DNA of 64,000 bases from Cystobasidiomycetes sp. EMM_F5 (taxonomy: Eukaryota): assembly GCA_051047955.1 (NCBI GenBank), contig JBPGPT010000006.1, positions 434,001-498,000 of the forward strand, read 5' to 3'. The notes beneath the pieces are model-generated. The model did no database searches. It was not told the origin of the DNA and saw nothing but the letters and a program-made list of their open reading frames with translations. Shown piece after piece: positions 12,062 through 26,058 of this stretch. The position numbers were made by a program, and so were the translations under genes. Each line of letters begins with the position of its first letter. The first letter of the stretch is position 1.

Positions 12062-15000
12062 TCACTCGGACTCGCTACTATTCTCTTCAATCTCATCGTG
12101 GCTTTCCTCGTCAGCGCTTTCATTGCCATTAACGACTGCTGCCGCTGGCGTGCCACTGCGGTCGTCAAGAGCCTCGTCGTCTGAAGCCGTAACGAACTCG
12201 TTTGTTCGAACAGTCTTGCGCTTGCGGGGAATCACGCTGTCGGGGTTTAATCGTCTTTCACGAGCTTGTACTCTTCGACGCGCTCTTTCCCTCTTAGCTG
12301 CATCGTCTACCTCGTTCCTTCCGGAGCTCGAGTTGACTTGATTCGCCGTACTTGATTCTGCCTCACTGTGGTCGACGCTGCTGGGGCGGCCTCGCGTCGA
12401 TCCAAACATGTCATCGAGCTCTGCCGCAGTGAACTTTTCCTCTTGCTCTTCTTGCAGCCACTTTACAACCTGCGAGAACGTCGCATTCGGATTGCTAAGT
12501 CTCCTCAAAGCTTGATCGCGTAACGAAGCTACACGGCGCTGGAGATTTCTCACAGACCACAAAACTGCGTGATCTCCTTTGTCGGCGGGAGTGAAGCCTT
12601 CGGCCTGCCTGATCTTGTAATAGTCGATATCGTTGAAATTTGTAAGCCCTTTCCGTACAGCATTTGCCAGGCTTCGGAACATCAATTTATATAGCCAAAT
12701 CAGCCGGACCGTTGCCAAATAGACTAATTCACTCACGCTTGCACCAGTGCATACGTATCTCTCAAGGTCCATCTGAGTCTTTCAATTTCCCCATGCTCCG
12801 CTTCGACTGTCAAGCTAAGAGAATCATGCCACTTTGACCTCATCTGTAAGCGAGTCCGGGTAGGACCAAACTTCGCGCCAACGACAGCCCAGAAGCCATC
12901 ACTCTTTACTGCGCTTGCCGGGAGACCCATACTACGATTGGCAACGTCACTCTCCTCTTCAGCTTCCCGGACGGCTTTAATCAATTTGGCAGTCTCTTCC
13001 TGAGACCATGGTCCTTCCTTCTTCTGATCGCCCAAGGCTAAGTAATTTCGCCAGCGATCCCGGCAGTCCTCGGACCAGCGACCAACTAATCCGCTGATTT
13101 CGACCCACTTATTGCCGTGCTGCGCAACAGCATTCCGCAGTAGTCGATCCTCTTCCGCAGACCATGGACCTCCGCGAGCCTCGGGCTGCAGTAAGCGCTT
13201 GACGCGACCATTGACGGCATGTATAGGTCTGTCAACAAGTCGCTCTGTGACATATTGCCAGAACTCGTTGTAATTTTTACGTTCACCCGATGCCTTCACG
13301 CCGGAGATAATATTATCGATATCGCCTTTTTCCAGCCCGTTTGCAAGTCTGTAGTCTTCTATCGCTCGCAAAATTGCGGCATCTTCGTCCTTGCTATACT
13401 TTCCTGTCTTGATGTGCAAGCCTGCGAAAGATGGCCAAACGTTAGCAGGTGAAATTAGGCTTGCTCCAAACAAGTGCCCTACCTTCCTGTTCTTCCATAT
13501 ATTTTAGCTCTGCGCCTTTCATCCATTTCATGTACAATACTTCTCGATTTGCTGCTGAATTTCTTGAGGGCCCTAGATCCGGCATAGTTGCTGGAATTAT
13601 CGCAGAGCTGAAGTCAGAGGAGACAGTAGCGGCCTTGGTTTTTACAGCACTGGAGCCGTTGGCTTTCGGCTTGGCGGATAGCCCTACTTTGGTAGCTGGG
13701 GTACCAGCTGGGTGAGATACGGAGCTTGTTGTTGGGATTTTCTTAGATTGGTTACGGGAATTGTTCGCTGCTGAAGACGATGGCCCCGCTGTGATTGTAG
13801 GAACCGGAATATCCGTTTGAAGAGTACTGAAGTCTGCGCGTGCTGCGGCAGCACGAAGACGACTACGTGCTGTGGAGGGCTCTGCTGCCAATCCAGATTT
13901 AGATTTTGTAGTCTTCGGAGTAGAAGTAAATAGCGGTGCTGTGAGACTTGCTCCCAATTTGGAGGCGCTGACCCGGCGTTGCGGTAGAGTTTGACGCTCT
14001 CCGTCAGATGATAACTGGTCAACATCGTCCACCTCATCGGCGTCGCTAGTAATATCGTCCAAGAGTGATCGACTCAGACGCGATGCTGAAGGTTGCTGTG
14101 CTTTGATTTCCTTGCTGACGAGTCCCTTTGGATGTGGGCGCTGAGTATCCTTGCCCTGCTTGGCTGCTGATGCAGAGTCGTATAAGCGGGGATCGATTTG
14201 ACTCTCGTCGATCGCTTCGACATGTGCTCTGCCTTTTCCTTTGGATTTGCCTACAACAGCATCAGCGTCTTCGTTTGTCGGATCCTGCGGGACTGGTATA
14301 TCGCTGTTGATATTCGCCGAAGATGATGGTATATTTGCGGGCGCCGAACTCGATGTCGGGGCATCGGTTCCGCCTCCTTCGCCCTTTCTCTTTCTTTTCT
14401 TGCCTTGCTGCATATTCGGCACTGCAGAATTACTCGCTTCTTGACTGGGTTCTACAGCTTCTGCCGCCTGCCCATTGGGTTCTTCTGAAGGTGGAATAAC
14501 GACACCATTGGCCTCTGGTTCCGGATTATCTGCTAGGGGTGTAGTCACACCGCGCTTCTGCTTCCTGAGTTTCTTCTCCTGCCTTTTCTTCTCTTTGTCT
14601 GTGTCTTGACTGTCGCCAGCAGTACCGTCCTGGACCTGACTGTCATTGGCCATACTCCTCTGACTAGCTTCAAGCTGTTCAGTTTTCTCTTGTTTGAGTC
14701 TGCGTTTCTCCGCTTTGCGCTGCGCTTTAGCTTCTGCCTCGTCAACAGACGGAGCCTCGATAGCAACGTCTGGCTGTGATGGAGCCGGCTCTGCGGGAGC
14801 GACCTGAGACGACTCGACTTCTTTCTTTGCCTTCTTTGACTTCTTCTTGAGTGGTGACTTGTCGCGAGAGGATACTTTGTCGGCATCCTGCAGCATATCC
14901 TATCAGTCCCCTATCTTGGTCTGGTTGCGTTTGATTCCACCCGCTGACCTGACTCGCTGCACTGACTTGAGTATTCGATTCACCAGTCACCTCATCGTCT

Positions 15001-15149
15001 CCAGTGATTGCCAGCTCTCGCTTTCGTTTCGTCTTTGAAACGGTATCATTTCCATTCGGGACAGCTGCGCTGGAGGCGAGCGCTTCAGGTTTTTCAGGGC
15101 TTTCACCGGCCAGGCCTCTAAGAGCCTTGCGGGGCTTTCGCCTGGTCAT
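12062..15149 (-). CDS. Myb/SANT-repeat DNA-binding protein, Reb1/TTF1/DMTF1-like
   Basis: Long K/S-rich disordered N-terminus, then KTGKYSKDED, GPWSAEEDRLL...GNKWVEIS...CRDRWRNY and GPWSQEETAKL...RSKW Myb repeats. Confidence 0.82.
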
Positions 15150-15394
15150 CCCAGCCGCAGTGCGTGCAACTTTAAGTGTCGGATTGAGTCAACAAGCTGC
15201 CGACTTTCGTGGTGTACAATCTAAGTCTTTCCCCCGGGTGGGTCTGATCAACTTGGCCGTTTTCCAGTTCCTGGACTGACCCGGACACGGCTTTGCCTAG
15301 CTAGCTGTTTGGCTGCCGATGACCCGTAGTCGGACGGGCTCAGTTTCTTGCGCAGTCCGATAGCGACATAGACTAGAACTCTGCATACATTACC

Positions 15395-18300
15395 ATGGCG
15401 CGAACGGGCAACGACCAGGTGCCGTCAGCGCCAGACTCGCCCAGCTCGACATCCGGAGACTCGTTGTCGGCTACCGAGCACGCTGACGAGCTGCACAACG
15501 CTGGCCAACGTGTTACGCATATCGACGATATGATCCTCGTCGACGTGTCTATTCCAAACCACCATCCAGACATCCACCGCGCTTCGAGCGCTCCAGGACC
15601 CGGCGCCGTATCCTCGTCATCCTCAAATGCAACCGCGACCAACGCTGTAGCCAACGACCACATCCACGCTGCCAGCAATCCTACAGTCACGCGCCGGAGG
15701 CATCATCACCACAGTCTCGGCGGACTCGGCACCGGTTCCGCAAAGATGGGCAGTTCAATCATTGATTCGGCGCAGTCGACCGAGGACGAAATGTATCAGA
15801 ACGAGGCAGATGCGGACGATACAGAAGATGACGGAAGGCCACAGGTCTACTATCCTGCGCTGGCCACCCCAACAGCCGGTCAAGGCAACTCCTTTTGGCC
15901 ATACGGCGTTGCGAGTACTTCGGCAATCCCGGCTGGCAGTAGCACTGCTTCAAGTTCAGGTATACCGCAACAACAGAGTCGACGCTCTTCAGAGCAGTCT
16001 GCAGACCCTGATGCCGACCTTCACTATCATCCGCCTGGAGGACTGTCGCCAACACTCAGTCGGTCCAGATCTCGGCACGCTACTTCGACCAGTAAAGCAG
16101 CTCGTAATGATGCGGATCAGCCTATGCTAGATTCATCCATTCCGCAAAACACCGACGACGGCGACAGTGTCATGTCCGGGGAGCATCTCTTCTCTATGCA
16201 TCGTAGTCAGCGGTCATTTGAGCAATCACATCACCTATCGTCACCAGCACTTCTTCCTCACGAAATACTGCTCAAAGTACTCCGTAACATCCGCTCGACG
16301 CCTGACCTAGTCTCAGCCTTGTTGGTATGCAAGTCGTGGTGCCAGTGCGGGGTAGAACTTCTGTGGAACAAGCCGTTATTCTCCCAGGTCGGACCGCTCA
16401 TCAAGATGCTCGTCATACTTGCGCGGCCCGTCACAACTTTTCCCTACGCTGCCTTTATCAAACGTTTAAACTTTTCTCAGCTGGCCGAGCGAATGCCAGG
16501 AAATCTCGTAGCGCGGCTGACGGTATGCGAGCGCTTGGAGCGTCTGACGCTGGCAGGATGTACAGAAATTACAGACGATTCACTAATTGGCCTCTTACAA
16601 TCGTGCAAGAATCTCGTTGCCCTCGATATGTCGGACTGCAAGCAAATCACCGATGCGAGCGTAGCTGCGGCTGCGGCATATTGCCATCGTCTACAAGGCC
16701 TAAATCTTTCCGGATGCAAACTGGTAACTGATGCCGGTCTGCAAGAAGTCGCTAGAGGGTGTCCCATGCTTCGTCGAGTGCGTGAGGTCTACTTCTAACG
16801 TATGAGATTTCGGCCTTTTGACGCTGACATGATCTTGCAGGTCAAGCTCCGAAATTTGGAGTCACTAACGGACGTTGGCATCATCGCCCTGGCACAAGCG
16901 TGCCCGCTCCTCCTCGAAGTTGACCTGTACTCATGCACGTCCATCAGCGATCGCACTCTATGGGCAGTATTCCGCAATTCCTCCCACTTGAGAGAATTGA
17001 GCCTCAATAATTGTACGCAAGTCGGCGGTGATGCCTTTCCTCAACGAGAAGCGTCCCTCGTCTACATCAAAGGTGCCACAGACCCTGCATTTGCTGGTCG
17101 AAGACCACTCAATCACAGATTACGCAACCTTACATTCCCTGCATCTGCCCTCGGAAGCGGTCGGACCACAAGAATCGAAAACATCGACCCGCAATTTTTG
17201 CATTACACACCTCTCGCCCCGCGTCTATTTGAGCATGTCCGGTATTTAGACATGACTGGACTTGCTAATTTGACCGACATGGCCATTGATGGTATCGTGT
17301 CTACAATGCCTCACATCCGTAATCTCGTCCTAGCCAAATGCTCCAATTTGACCGACGACACTGTCTACAGTATATGTAAGCTCGGCAAGCATATCCATTT
17401 CCTTCATCTTGGACATGTCTCCAGGTAAGGCCGTTGCTCGCCGCATTTCACCTGCACAACTGAAGCCATTTCTGCCTATAGTATTACAGATAAAGCGGTC
17501 GTCACGCTAGCGAGAGCCTGCACACGGCTCCGCTACATCGATTTAGCTTGCTGTCCGAACCTCTCGGACCTTACTGTGTTCGAAATTGCTGCCAACCTGC
17601 CCAGGCTGAAACGTATTGGACTAGTTCGCGTAGCCAATCTCACAGATCCTGCCATATTTGCGCTAGCCGAACGCACAACGCTGGAGCGCATCCATCTATC
17701 CTACTGTGAAAACGTCACAGTTGCCGCTGTACACTTTCTTCTAACGCGCCTCCACCGCTTAAATCATCTCTCTCTTACCGGTGTACCAGCCTTCCGACGT
17801 CCAGATCTGCAACACTTTTGTCGGCCGCCGCCGAAAGACTTCAATCTGCATCAGAGGAGCACATTTTGCGTATATTCTGGCAAAGGGGTGCACGAATTGC
17901 GCAGACACCTTATAGCACTGTCAAATACCGAGTTTGTTGCACAAATACCTCGCACTGGTCTAGGCTTTAACCCACACACGCATGCAGCTCACATGCATCA
18001 TTTTGCCGCTCAGGCTGCGATGGGCAACTTGATCGGATTTCAGAGTCACCAGCAACACCAGATCGTTCCGACTGTGGGCCAGCTTATCGCGCAGCCTAGT
18101 GCCGACGAAGATGCGTTGGATGAGGCAGAAGATGACGAAGATGGTGATGATGACGAGGACGATGATGATGAAGAGGTCAGACCGGTACAGCGGGAGCCTC
18201 GTAGACATTTCAATCCCCCAACAAGCACATCTGGAATGCGCCTTCCGCACACCCCTCCCGAGCCGAGTGGGAGCTCGCCTAGGGCAGGGTCAAATGGTCT

Positions 18301-18985
18301 GCCTCCGAATGCTTCAGGATCGACCCCGCAGCTCGATTGGCAGTCAGTGATAATCCGCCATAACATGATAATGGCTAACAGCCCTGATAATCCGGGCCCT
18401 CCCGCTGGGCTTGTGGACGGCGTGGCACCACGACGCTTCCTTCCGGGACATGGAATGTTTCTCGATCAATACGAAGCACTCGTACGCCAGAACGCCATGG
18501 CTGCTGGCATATCTGACGAATTGTACCCCGCAATCAAAATGTTCATTGACCGGGATAGCCGCTTCGACGAGAGAAGCATGACAGCGCTGTATCAACGAGT
18601 GACTCGGTGGCAGCAGGATGAGCTCAATCCCAGCGTGTCGGCTGCTGCTGGTTCGAGTTCAGCGCGTGCTGGAGTCACGGGTAGTAATGTTGCCGAATCT
18701 TCCAGCATTGCACGACCTCCAAGGCCGACGCCACCGCCTCCGACATGGGCTTACACTCACCCGACGTCGACGTTTGCGCTCCAGCGCTATCCCCAGGTCG
18801 CTATCGAGCTCGCCCGTCGGGCCGATCATTATGCCAGCCGCACCCCGAGTCAGCCGGTGCAAGCAGGTCAAGATGCACATATGCGCGACGCAAGCGCAGA
18901 ACCTGCCAATTATGAGCAGCAGTCCGGATCTCGCGAACGCCGTGGGACCATCAAGCAGAGCGATTTCGCAGATCGCCAAGTGTAA
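15395..18985 (+). CDS. GRR1: SCF ubiquitin ligase F-box/LRR subunit Grr1
   Basis: F-box LPHEILLKVL...LLVCKSWCQCGVELLW, followed by FPYAAFIKRLNF, many cysteine-containing LRRs and FCRPPPKDFNLHQRSTFCVYSG. Confidence 0.92.
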
Positions 18986-19224
18986 ATACCTCGCTCGGCG
19001 TTCCGCGATTGTGGGAGCGGCTGCGACAGGCTTGCTTTCGCAGCAACCGAGTAACAATGTTGAGATGACAAGCGCAGATTGATGAAGCGAGCACGATTAT
19101 GTATTGATAATGTTTATTTGAGATGTGATCGAATCGTGTTGGCCAAACGAAGCTGGACAACAACATGTATCCTCTGACGCAGCGAGCCAGTCGCCGCACA
19201 TAAAAGCAAGTCTGATTGTCCAAG

Positions 19225-21882
19225 CTAGTCTGATGAGCATAAATCTATAACCTCGTGATTCGCGGCCGTCGTAGGTTTTCTCCGCTCAACGACCTTGTCA
19301 CCAGCATACTGGAGTTGCTGGCCAGCTCCTGTTCCTTTCTTGCTTGCAGGCGGTACAATCCCTCGACTTGGAATCAGAGATGGTAGGTCATCTTCCGAGT
19401 CTTCGTCGCTGAGTTGACGGTACTCGTACCGCTTAGCGGGCTTGACAAGTTGCGACTTAGACTGAGACGGCTTTGCCTTTACATCGGACTTCGTATCAAG
19501 GACGTGCTCTCGCAGCCCTTGTGCGGTCCCGGAACTTTGCGTCGCTGCCGATGTTCGGGCCGTACGTGCAGATTCCGACAAACGGGGTGACTTCTTTGGT
19601 GACCTTGAGGCGGATGTGATCACTTCTACGTCCGAATCGGAGTCTGTCATCTCTCGCAGGATCTTAGACTTGTTCGAGGACTCGGCGGAACTGGGAGAAG
19701 ACGCTGATGGCCTAGCGACATGACGAGGTTTCGGCGGTGATAGATGGTAGGAGGACGAAGGGACTGCATTTGCACTCGATGACGCAAATACATGATCATC
19801 GTCGTCACTATCATCGTGGACTTTTGCAGATGTTGCGGCAGAAACCTGCGAATGCACCGCTGCTTTCGTCGATGGCTCCTTCGGCAGCTTCGAGCGGACC
19901 TTCGTGGGCGAGACCTTCTTCTGTGGGGAAGTTGCAGTCTTTTTACCTTTATTTGCCTTCTTGTCAGCCTTCTCGCGCTCCCGCTGCTCCCAGTCAGTTA
20001 CGAGGGCAGGCACGGCCATCCTCAAGAGACTCGTTTGTATCCAAAGCTTTTGAGCTTCGTAGGGATCTACAAAATTATAATTGCGGGCTTTGGCGATGAC
20101 AAGATCGGGCTCTCCAAGGTCCGGGTTCGCTTCGACTGCCATGAGCGCAGCCTCGGAGGCAGCCATGAGCTTGCGGGTTTCCAGTTTTCCGACATTTGGG
20201 TCTGGATGCCGTAGAAAGCGCTTCACTTCGTCGACAATCTGAGAAGGATCGATAATGACCTGGAGTTCTGGAGTGACCGATGTGGTGTTGTTGGCTCTGG
20301 CCTTCTCGACGCGTAGCAGAATGCCTGCGAGGCTACTTGGTACAGTACTCCGAACACCTCCCTGTCCGAGAGAAGTCTTGTCCGGTGATGCAAAGTCGAA
20401 TTTGGCCATCGCGGCGGCTAGACCCTTAGTGGGCGTAGAATGTGATGACGGAAGCTGAGGCTGGTTGTCGTTGGCGAGCGGTGTACCTGTAGAGTAGATC
20501 AGGCGGTGTATCACAATGAGCTCAGAAATCTGGTTTCGAAACCTGTATGAAGGAGAACACCGCAAAGTTAGAAAATTCGGCATACGAGCGCGACTCCACT
20601 TGCTTGTGCATTATCTCCTGATGAGTGAATTCGAAATAATGATCCAAAACATAAACAATGTTCTCGATGTCGATGGGAGATGACCAAGAGAGAGGCTTAT
20701 GAAAAGACGCATAGGCGGGTAGAGCGGAAGTCACAGGAACAAGATAGCGCGTCATGACACTCATGTCAGGCCACGTGTCCGGAATGTTCTTGGCCTTTGC
20801 AGCATTTTTGCGGGGAAAGAGTCCGCTCTCGTTAGTGGTTAATTCGTGTCGGATCTGATCTCTCCAAGGCACAAGACGTTCTTGCAGAGCTTTACCTCGG
20901 AGAGAACACACCAACTGTAGCAGAGTCTCCCCGAAGCCCGCTTGCGCAAGGGCAATTGCAATTGTGGCTCCAATCCCTGGCAGACCAATCGAATCGTAGC
21001 TATGATTTATGATCAACTCAGCCGCCGCAACAGACGTCGACATCCGAGGAATGCACCCACTCTCCCCCCGCCATCAAGGCGACCAGAATAATACCAGGGA
21101 CGGTCAGGCCTGTTTCCATTTCTACGTATCCACGGGAATATAGGGACGGCTTGATAGATTCCGTCGGTTTTGCAATGAAAGCGTGCTTCACTGTCGATGG
21201 AATGGGATTAATCTAATGAGCAGCGCGAGAGGTAGCGTCACTGACTGACTGAACTCGCGCCGAACAGCAGCGAGTCGACATCATCGGAAATAACGAGGTC
21301 TATATCGCCTCTATGGTTGAGCATTGCCAACTCGGCTTCAGCTTCTCCAGGAGCAGTCCTCCACTCGTAGCCAAATGCTTCAACGACCTGCTTGAAATCG
21401 ATTGTGCGTTGTTGTTCCCCACGAAAGATATGATTGCCACGCTTCACGGCTGGACGATGTGGACCATCAAAGACAAAGAGCGCTCGCACACCGCATTTTG
21501 CCATTCGAATGACCCGATGAAATAGTGTGCGGAGTTCAGGATTGGCTGCTTGCGATATGAGCAACGCATCTCGTCAGGGGTATCAGCTGCGACTCACCCC
21601 CGCCATCGCTCAACTCGGAATGGAAGAACCAAGCAGAGGCGTCCACGCCAACCTGTATGTGTCAGACAAGATATATGGGTATCCTCAGCTGTCATTACGT
21701 CCGACTTCGCGTTTCGATAATTGTGAACCTACGCGTAAACCACGCGGCGGATTTGTTGATAGATCTCGACCATCGTCGGTGTGCTCAGTGTAGGCCTCGT
21801 CAAAGACTTCGAGTGCCAGCTTTTCAAACTTGGCATCCTGTCCTGCTTTCTTGAGGTGCGCCCACAGGCCCGACACGCCCAT
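19225..21882 (-). CDS. XPG/Rad2-family PIN-fold nuclease, GEN1/Yen1-like
   Basis: MGVSGLW, GVDASAW, FVFDG, APGEAEAELA, SDDVDSLLFGA and GGD|YDSIGLPGIG, with a disordered C-terminus. Confidence 0.88.
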
Positions 21883-22282
21883 GTCATCAGTCGCAGCCAG
21901 ACGGCCGCAGTCCAAGCAGGTCTTGACGTTTCGCCGGAACCACCGCCTCACAGGCTCTCGGGAGGTTGTGAAAGCATTGAGCAGGTCAGCGCGCTGAATC
22001 AGACCTTTCGCACCGTGACTGAGCGGATTTGACCCCGACTCCTCAGCGGTTCCGCCGTAGAAACCTTCTTGATTTGCCAACCAATTCTACTGACACCACA
22101 ACGAATCGAAGCTCCTAGTGTCCACCGACTCAATCACTGCATACAAGGGGCACGTTTATTGTGAAAACTGTGTCTCCGTCCTCCTCCCGCTTTTCGCTTC
22201 CTTGTTAACCACCGACTTCTCGCTGCCACAATCAACCATCAGCCGTAGGCTATTGCAAGGCTTGGCTACCGTAGATGCGCTG

Positions 22283-23504
22283 TCACATGCCGTGGAAGAA
22301 TCTGGGACGGTAGTAATCAAGAATATCGAAGTCGACGTCTCTGTCTGAGCAGATGTCATAGATACCTTCTGCCTCATTTACAAAGGCGGAGATTTCTTCC
22401 TCCTCTTCGAAGCTGACCTCAAGCGTCAATTCTTCCAATGCGGGAAGCCATTCATCTTCCATCAGTGCCGATGCAATGGCGGACAGGTCAAAGAAGTTGA
22501 CCAGTATCAGAGTGCGAAGCGTTGTCAGGGCAGTCAGAAGGTGCAGGGGTAACATTTCTTGTGCAATGCGTAGCTTCTGAAGCTTTGGCAGCATACCCAT
22601 TGACTCCCTGATGATAGCCTCAGGCCAAGGCCTGTCATTGAAGGTGAGGCTTAATTCCGTCAATCGCGCTCCACATGCACGAAGCATGTACGGGAGGCCA
22701 GCAGCATGGTCTCCATCCATCCATGGATCATAGACGATGTCGAACAGCCGAGGACTGTTCGCAAGAACTGACACGACAAACCCATTGGCGACAGGGCTCA
22801 TGCCGCAGAAGCTGGCGCGCTCCAAGGGAGGGAATGCAACAGCACTCAAATTTTCTCGAGAGAGATCGACCTCGCCTGTCTGTCTAAGCTCCAAGAATCT
22901 CAAAGTGGTTGCGCAGGCTGTGACCAGCGACCTCGTCTCCAAACATTTCCTACGGGCGACGTTCGATTCACGGTGGCCGTGGGGACAGTCCCAGCCTTGC
23001 ATAATGGAAACATAGCGTACTTGAGAGACGTCCACCAGCTTCAGCAGTCTTACAAACGAGTCTTGTGCTTCACCTGCATAGATCTGCAGAGTATGAGGCG
23101 CCAGAACCTTTGGCGGAAGCAGATCCCAGCAACTGCCAGCTGCTTCTGCTCTTTTGATCTCAGGCTCGGAAGACTTTGTTACCATGATCCATTCAGTACT
23201 TTTGGTGAGCTTGTCAAATCTGAGAGTGGTGGACTGGTGATCTGCTAGATATTGAAGTTCTGCCATAGAAATTTTGACACGACCTCGTATGCCGATAGAT
23301 GTGACCACTTCGGAGAGGATACTGCACACCGTAGCATAGTCTGCGGCAGCCTATCAGTCATGGACATCGAGCTTCATCTGCTGCCGGCTCACTTAAATGG
23401 TCATTCTTTGGCAGATGAGCAAAAATGTTGTACAGAATCTCGTACGGAAGATCGAGAAGCTGAACGCCGCGCTTCTTGCTGTCACTTGCTTGGACTTCGC
23501 TCAT
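22283..23504 (-). CDS. F-box protein with degenerate LRR/RNI-like region
   Basis: LLDLPYEILYNIFAHL in exon 1, intron ~23391-23341, and LxxLxL repeats (LPKLQKLRI, LTTLRTLIL, LPALEELTL). Confidence 0.72.
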
Positions 23505-26058
23505 TGTGCACCAGACACTGACAACGAGTTTCACCATGACAAAAAGCGGAGTTGCGTTGGGATGCGAGATGCCCCGTTTGCGGGTCCGGGACAGAGACAG
23601 TTGCTCCGCAAATCCAGTGTGCGAGTTGTAAATAGAAGGACGATTGTAGGCCTGGTGCACCAGGCGACACGCAAACGGCACGTTTTGCGGCTCATAATCA
23701 GCTTGATGAAGAATGTCGGTACGGATGGCAGCTTACACAAGACTACTAGAGCCAGTGTGTGTGCACCATGTGTGCCCGGGGTTGGACAAGTTCCGCTTGA
23801 TGGAGGCAGTGGGAAGAGGGAGAAGGTCAACTGGCAGAACTCCCGGCACTGGCTGGCAGTCGACCAGTTCTGAGGACACGGATGGCCCAAGCGCGATCGC
23901 AGACTTCCTGGACATAAATTGCAAGCAATTATGCTTTTGATATATAATCATGCAATGTACGCCTTGCTGTGCGATGGCTGCTGCCGCTTGAATCTGAATC
24001 TGACTTAGGTGCACGATCTCCGCCAGCTGACGCAAAGTATAGCTTCCACACCTCATCGCTTCCGGATCCAATGATCAGTTCTGCTTCGTTTCTTGGTGGT
24101 GACGCTTTTGAGTCCTCCACAGCAAGTCGCGTCTCTTGCGTTCTTGTTGACATCGGCTTTAAGCTTGACGTGTTTCAGGGGCGAGATGCTTACATAATCA
24201 GGCACTGCATTCGCGGGGTCCAAGCTTGCCGAATTTGCAGCCCAATTTACGCGTCGTGCTTGGCGATCTTTGTTTTTTCTTTTCGTACATGCAGCCTCGA
24301 CATCCTCGTACTCTTGTCGCCATTAGCGTGTCTTTTTCATCAGTCTGCGACAGGCGCAAAGCAAAGGTGACAGCAGGTTGGACAGGACGTCTAGCGGAAG
24401 CCTCGAGCTCCAGACAGAGCTTGTGAGCGAAACAGAGTAGCGTACATTCTTACAGCCGGTAATGCGATTTCCACGCAAACAAGAAAAGTCCAAGCATTAC
24501 TATACGATCCTGTCGCAGCCTGCTTGAGATCTAGAGAGTAAAAAGTGTAAAATCGTGTAAATTGCGCTTTGACTTGCGACAGTCTGTAATTTCGGTGCAA
24601 CCGTCACTCCGAATGCAAGAGTCTCGGACTTGCGTTCGAGTAACAGTTGAGACCTGCCTGTGAGTGTGTTGATGGTATGCGCACATGGCAAACCCCGCCA
24701 AAAAAATCTTGAGCGCGGGTCGGTGTCTGCTGTCGGCGTAATTTAGAGCGCGCATGCGCTGGTACCACCTAGCTCCAGAGACATTACGCCCAGACTATAG
24801 CATGTGTACAAATGCACTAGCCTGAGCGAAGAAAGGAGTGTTCACAGAATTCTGACGTATAGTATGGTGAAGAATTGAACGCACAGACCACCTCCGAGTC
24901 GAGCTCGAAACCTTGTACAAACCACTAGTGAATTCCTAATCCTGACATTGCTCTGCATCGACAGCGACGTCGATACTGCAAGCTCCAACTTTCTGCTCTG
25001 CTGTCGACACTCGAGTCTCCGCTACAGAGTATAGGTCAACAAGTCGCGCACAGAGTCTCTTGACAGCGATATACTTCAAGCATACGAATCTAAGCTACTG
25101 CTGGAATCTGCGCAGTGAAAGAGCAGTCCGTGAAGCTACAGGTTTGCGCCGCAGATCACCAGCGCATCGAGGAAGAAAAGTAAGCCAACTTGAAATCGCA
25201 CGCCGATAAAGGACGACGACGTCGTCTGCTGCTGCGGATAAGGATCCAAACCAGCAATACACTTTTCTGGCTGTCTTTTCTCTGCATTCGGGGATCTCTG
25301 CCGCGGAGTAGCTGGAGCATTAACATTTCGCCCAGCATAAAGTGGCGGATTGTCAGGTCGCAAATCGACATCACCGACTGATCTGCGAAGAGGACGAGCA
25401 GTCATCGATATCAAATCAGCTGCAGCACGCAGAGGGCAGTCTTTCACACAGAGATATCAGCACATCTGCCCAAACATCACCGGGCTACGGTTCCACCACT
25501 GGACACTTCTGCAGCCAAATCCACGACTGGGCCAAACTCCGACGGTAAACACAGCCTGGACGCCATTGTCGTCGACGGGGAAGAAGCTGGCAGCGGATCC
25601 GGCACACTTTCCATCTAAAATATCGAGCGTCCTACAGCGGGCCAACGACGCTCAGGACAGTGCACTGCCAGAGTCAGCAGGGAGCCAAGCGGGTCGGCGG
25701 CCAGACGCGCAAACCTACCTACCGCCAAAACAACGGGAGTACAGAAGAACGGGAAACTGGCTGAGGAAGACGAGACAGAGACAGAGCTGTGCATCTCTGC
25801 AGTCTCGCTGCAGCTGTTCAATCTCACACAACCAATATAAGCCAGGTCGGCCTTACGCTTCACTAAAATCCATAGTGACGCCACTCTGGCCAGGCTCGTG
25901 CCCAAGGGAATTTGATTTGGATTGGATCCCTAGATGGTCAACATTTTGGTCAAGCACCTACAAGCTATACTACCGAGCAACGACGGCGAGAGCAGCATTA
26001 CCGGCAGCAGCAGTAATGGCAGGAGGAGATCAAGCAGCGTCGCCCGAAAACCTGAAGC

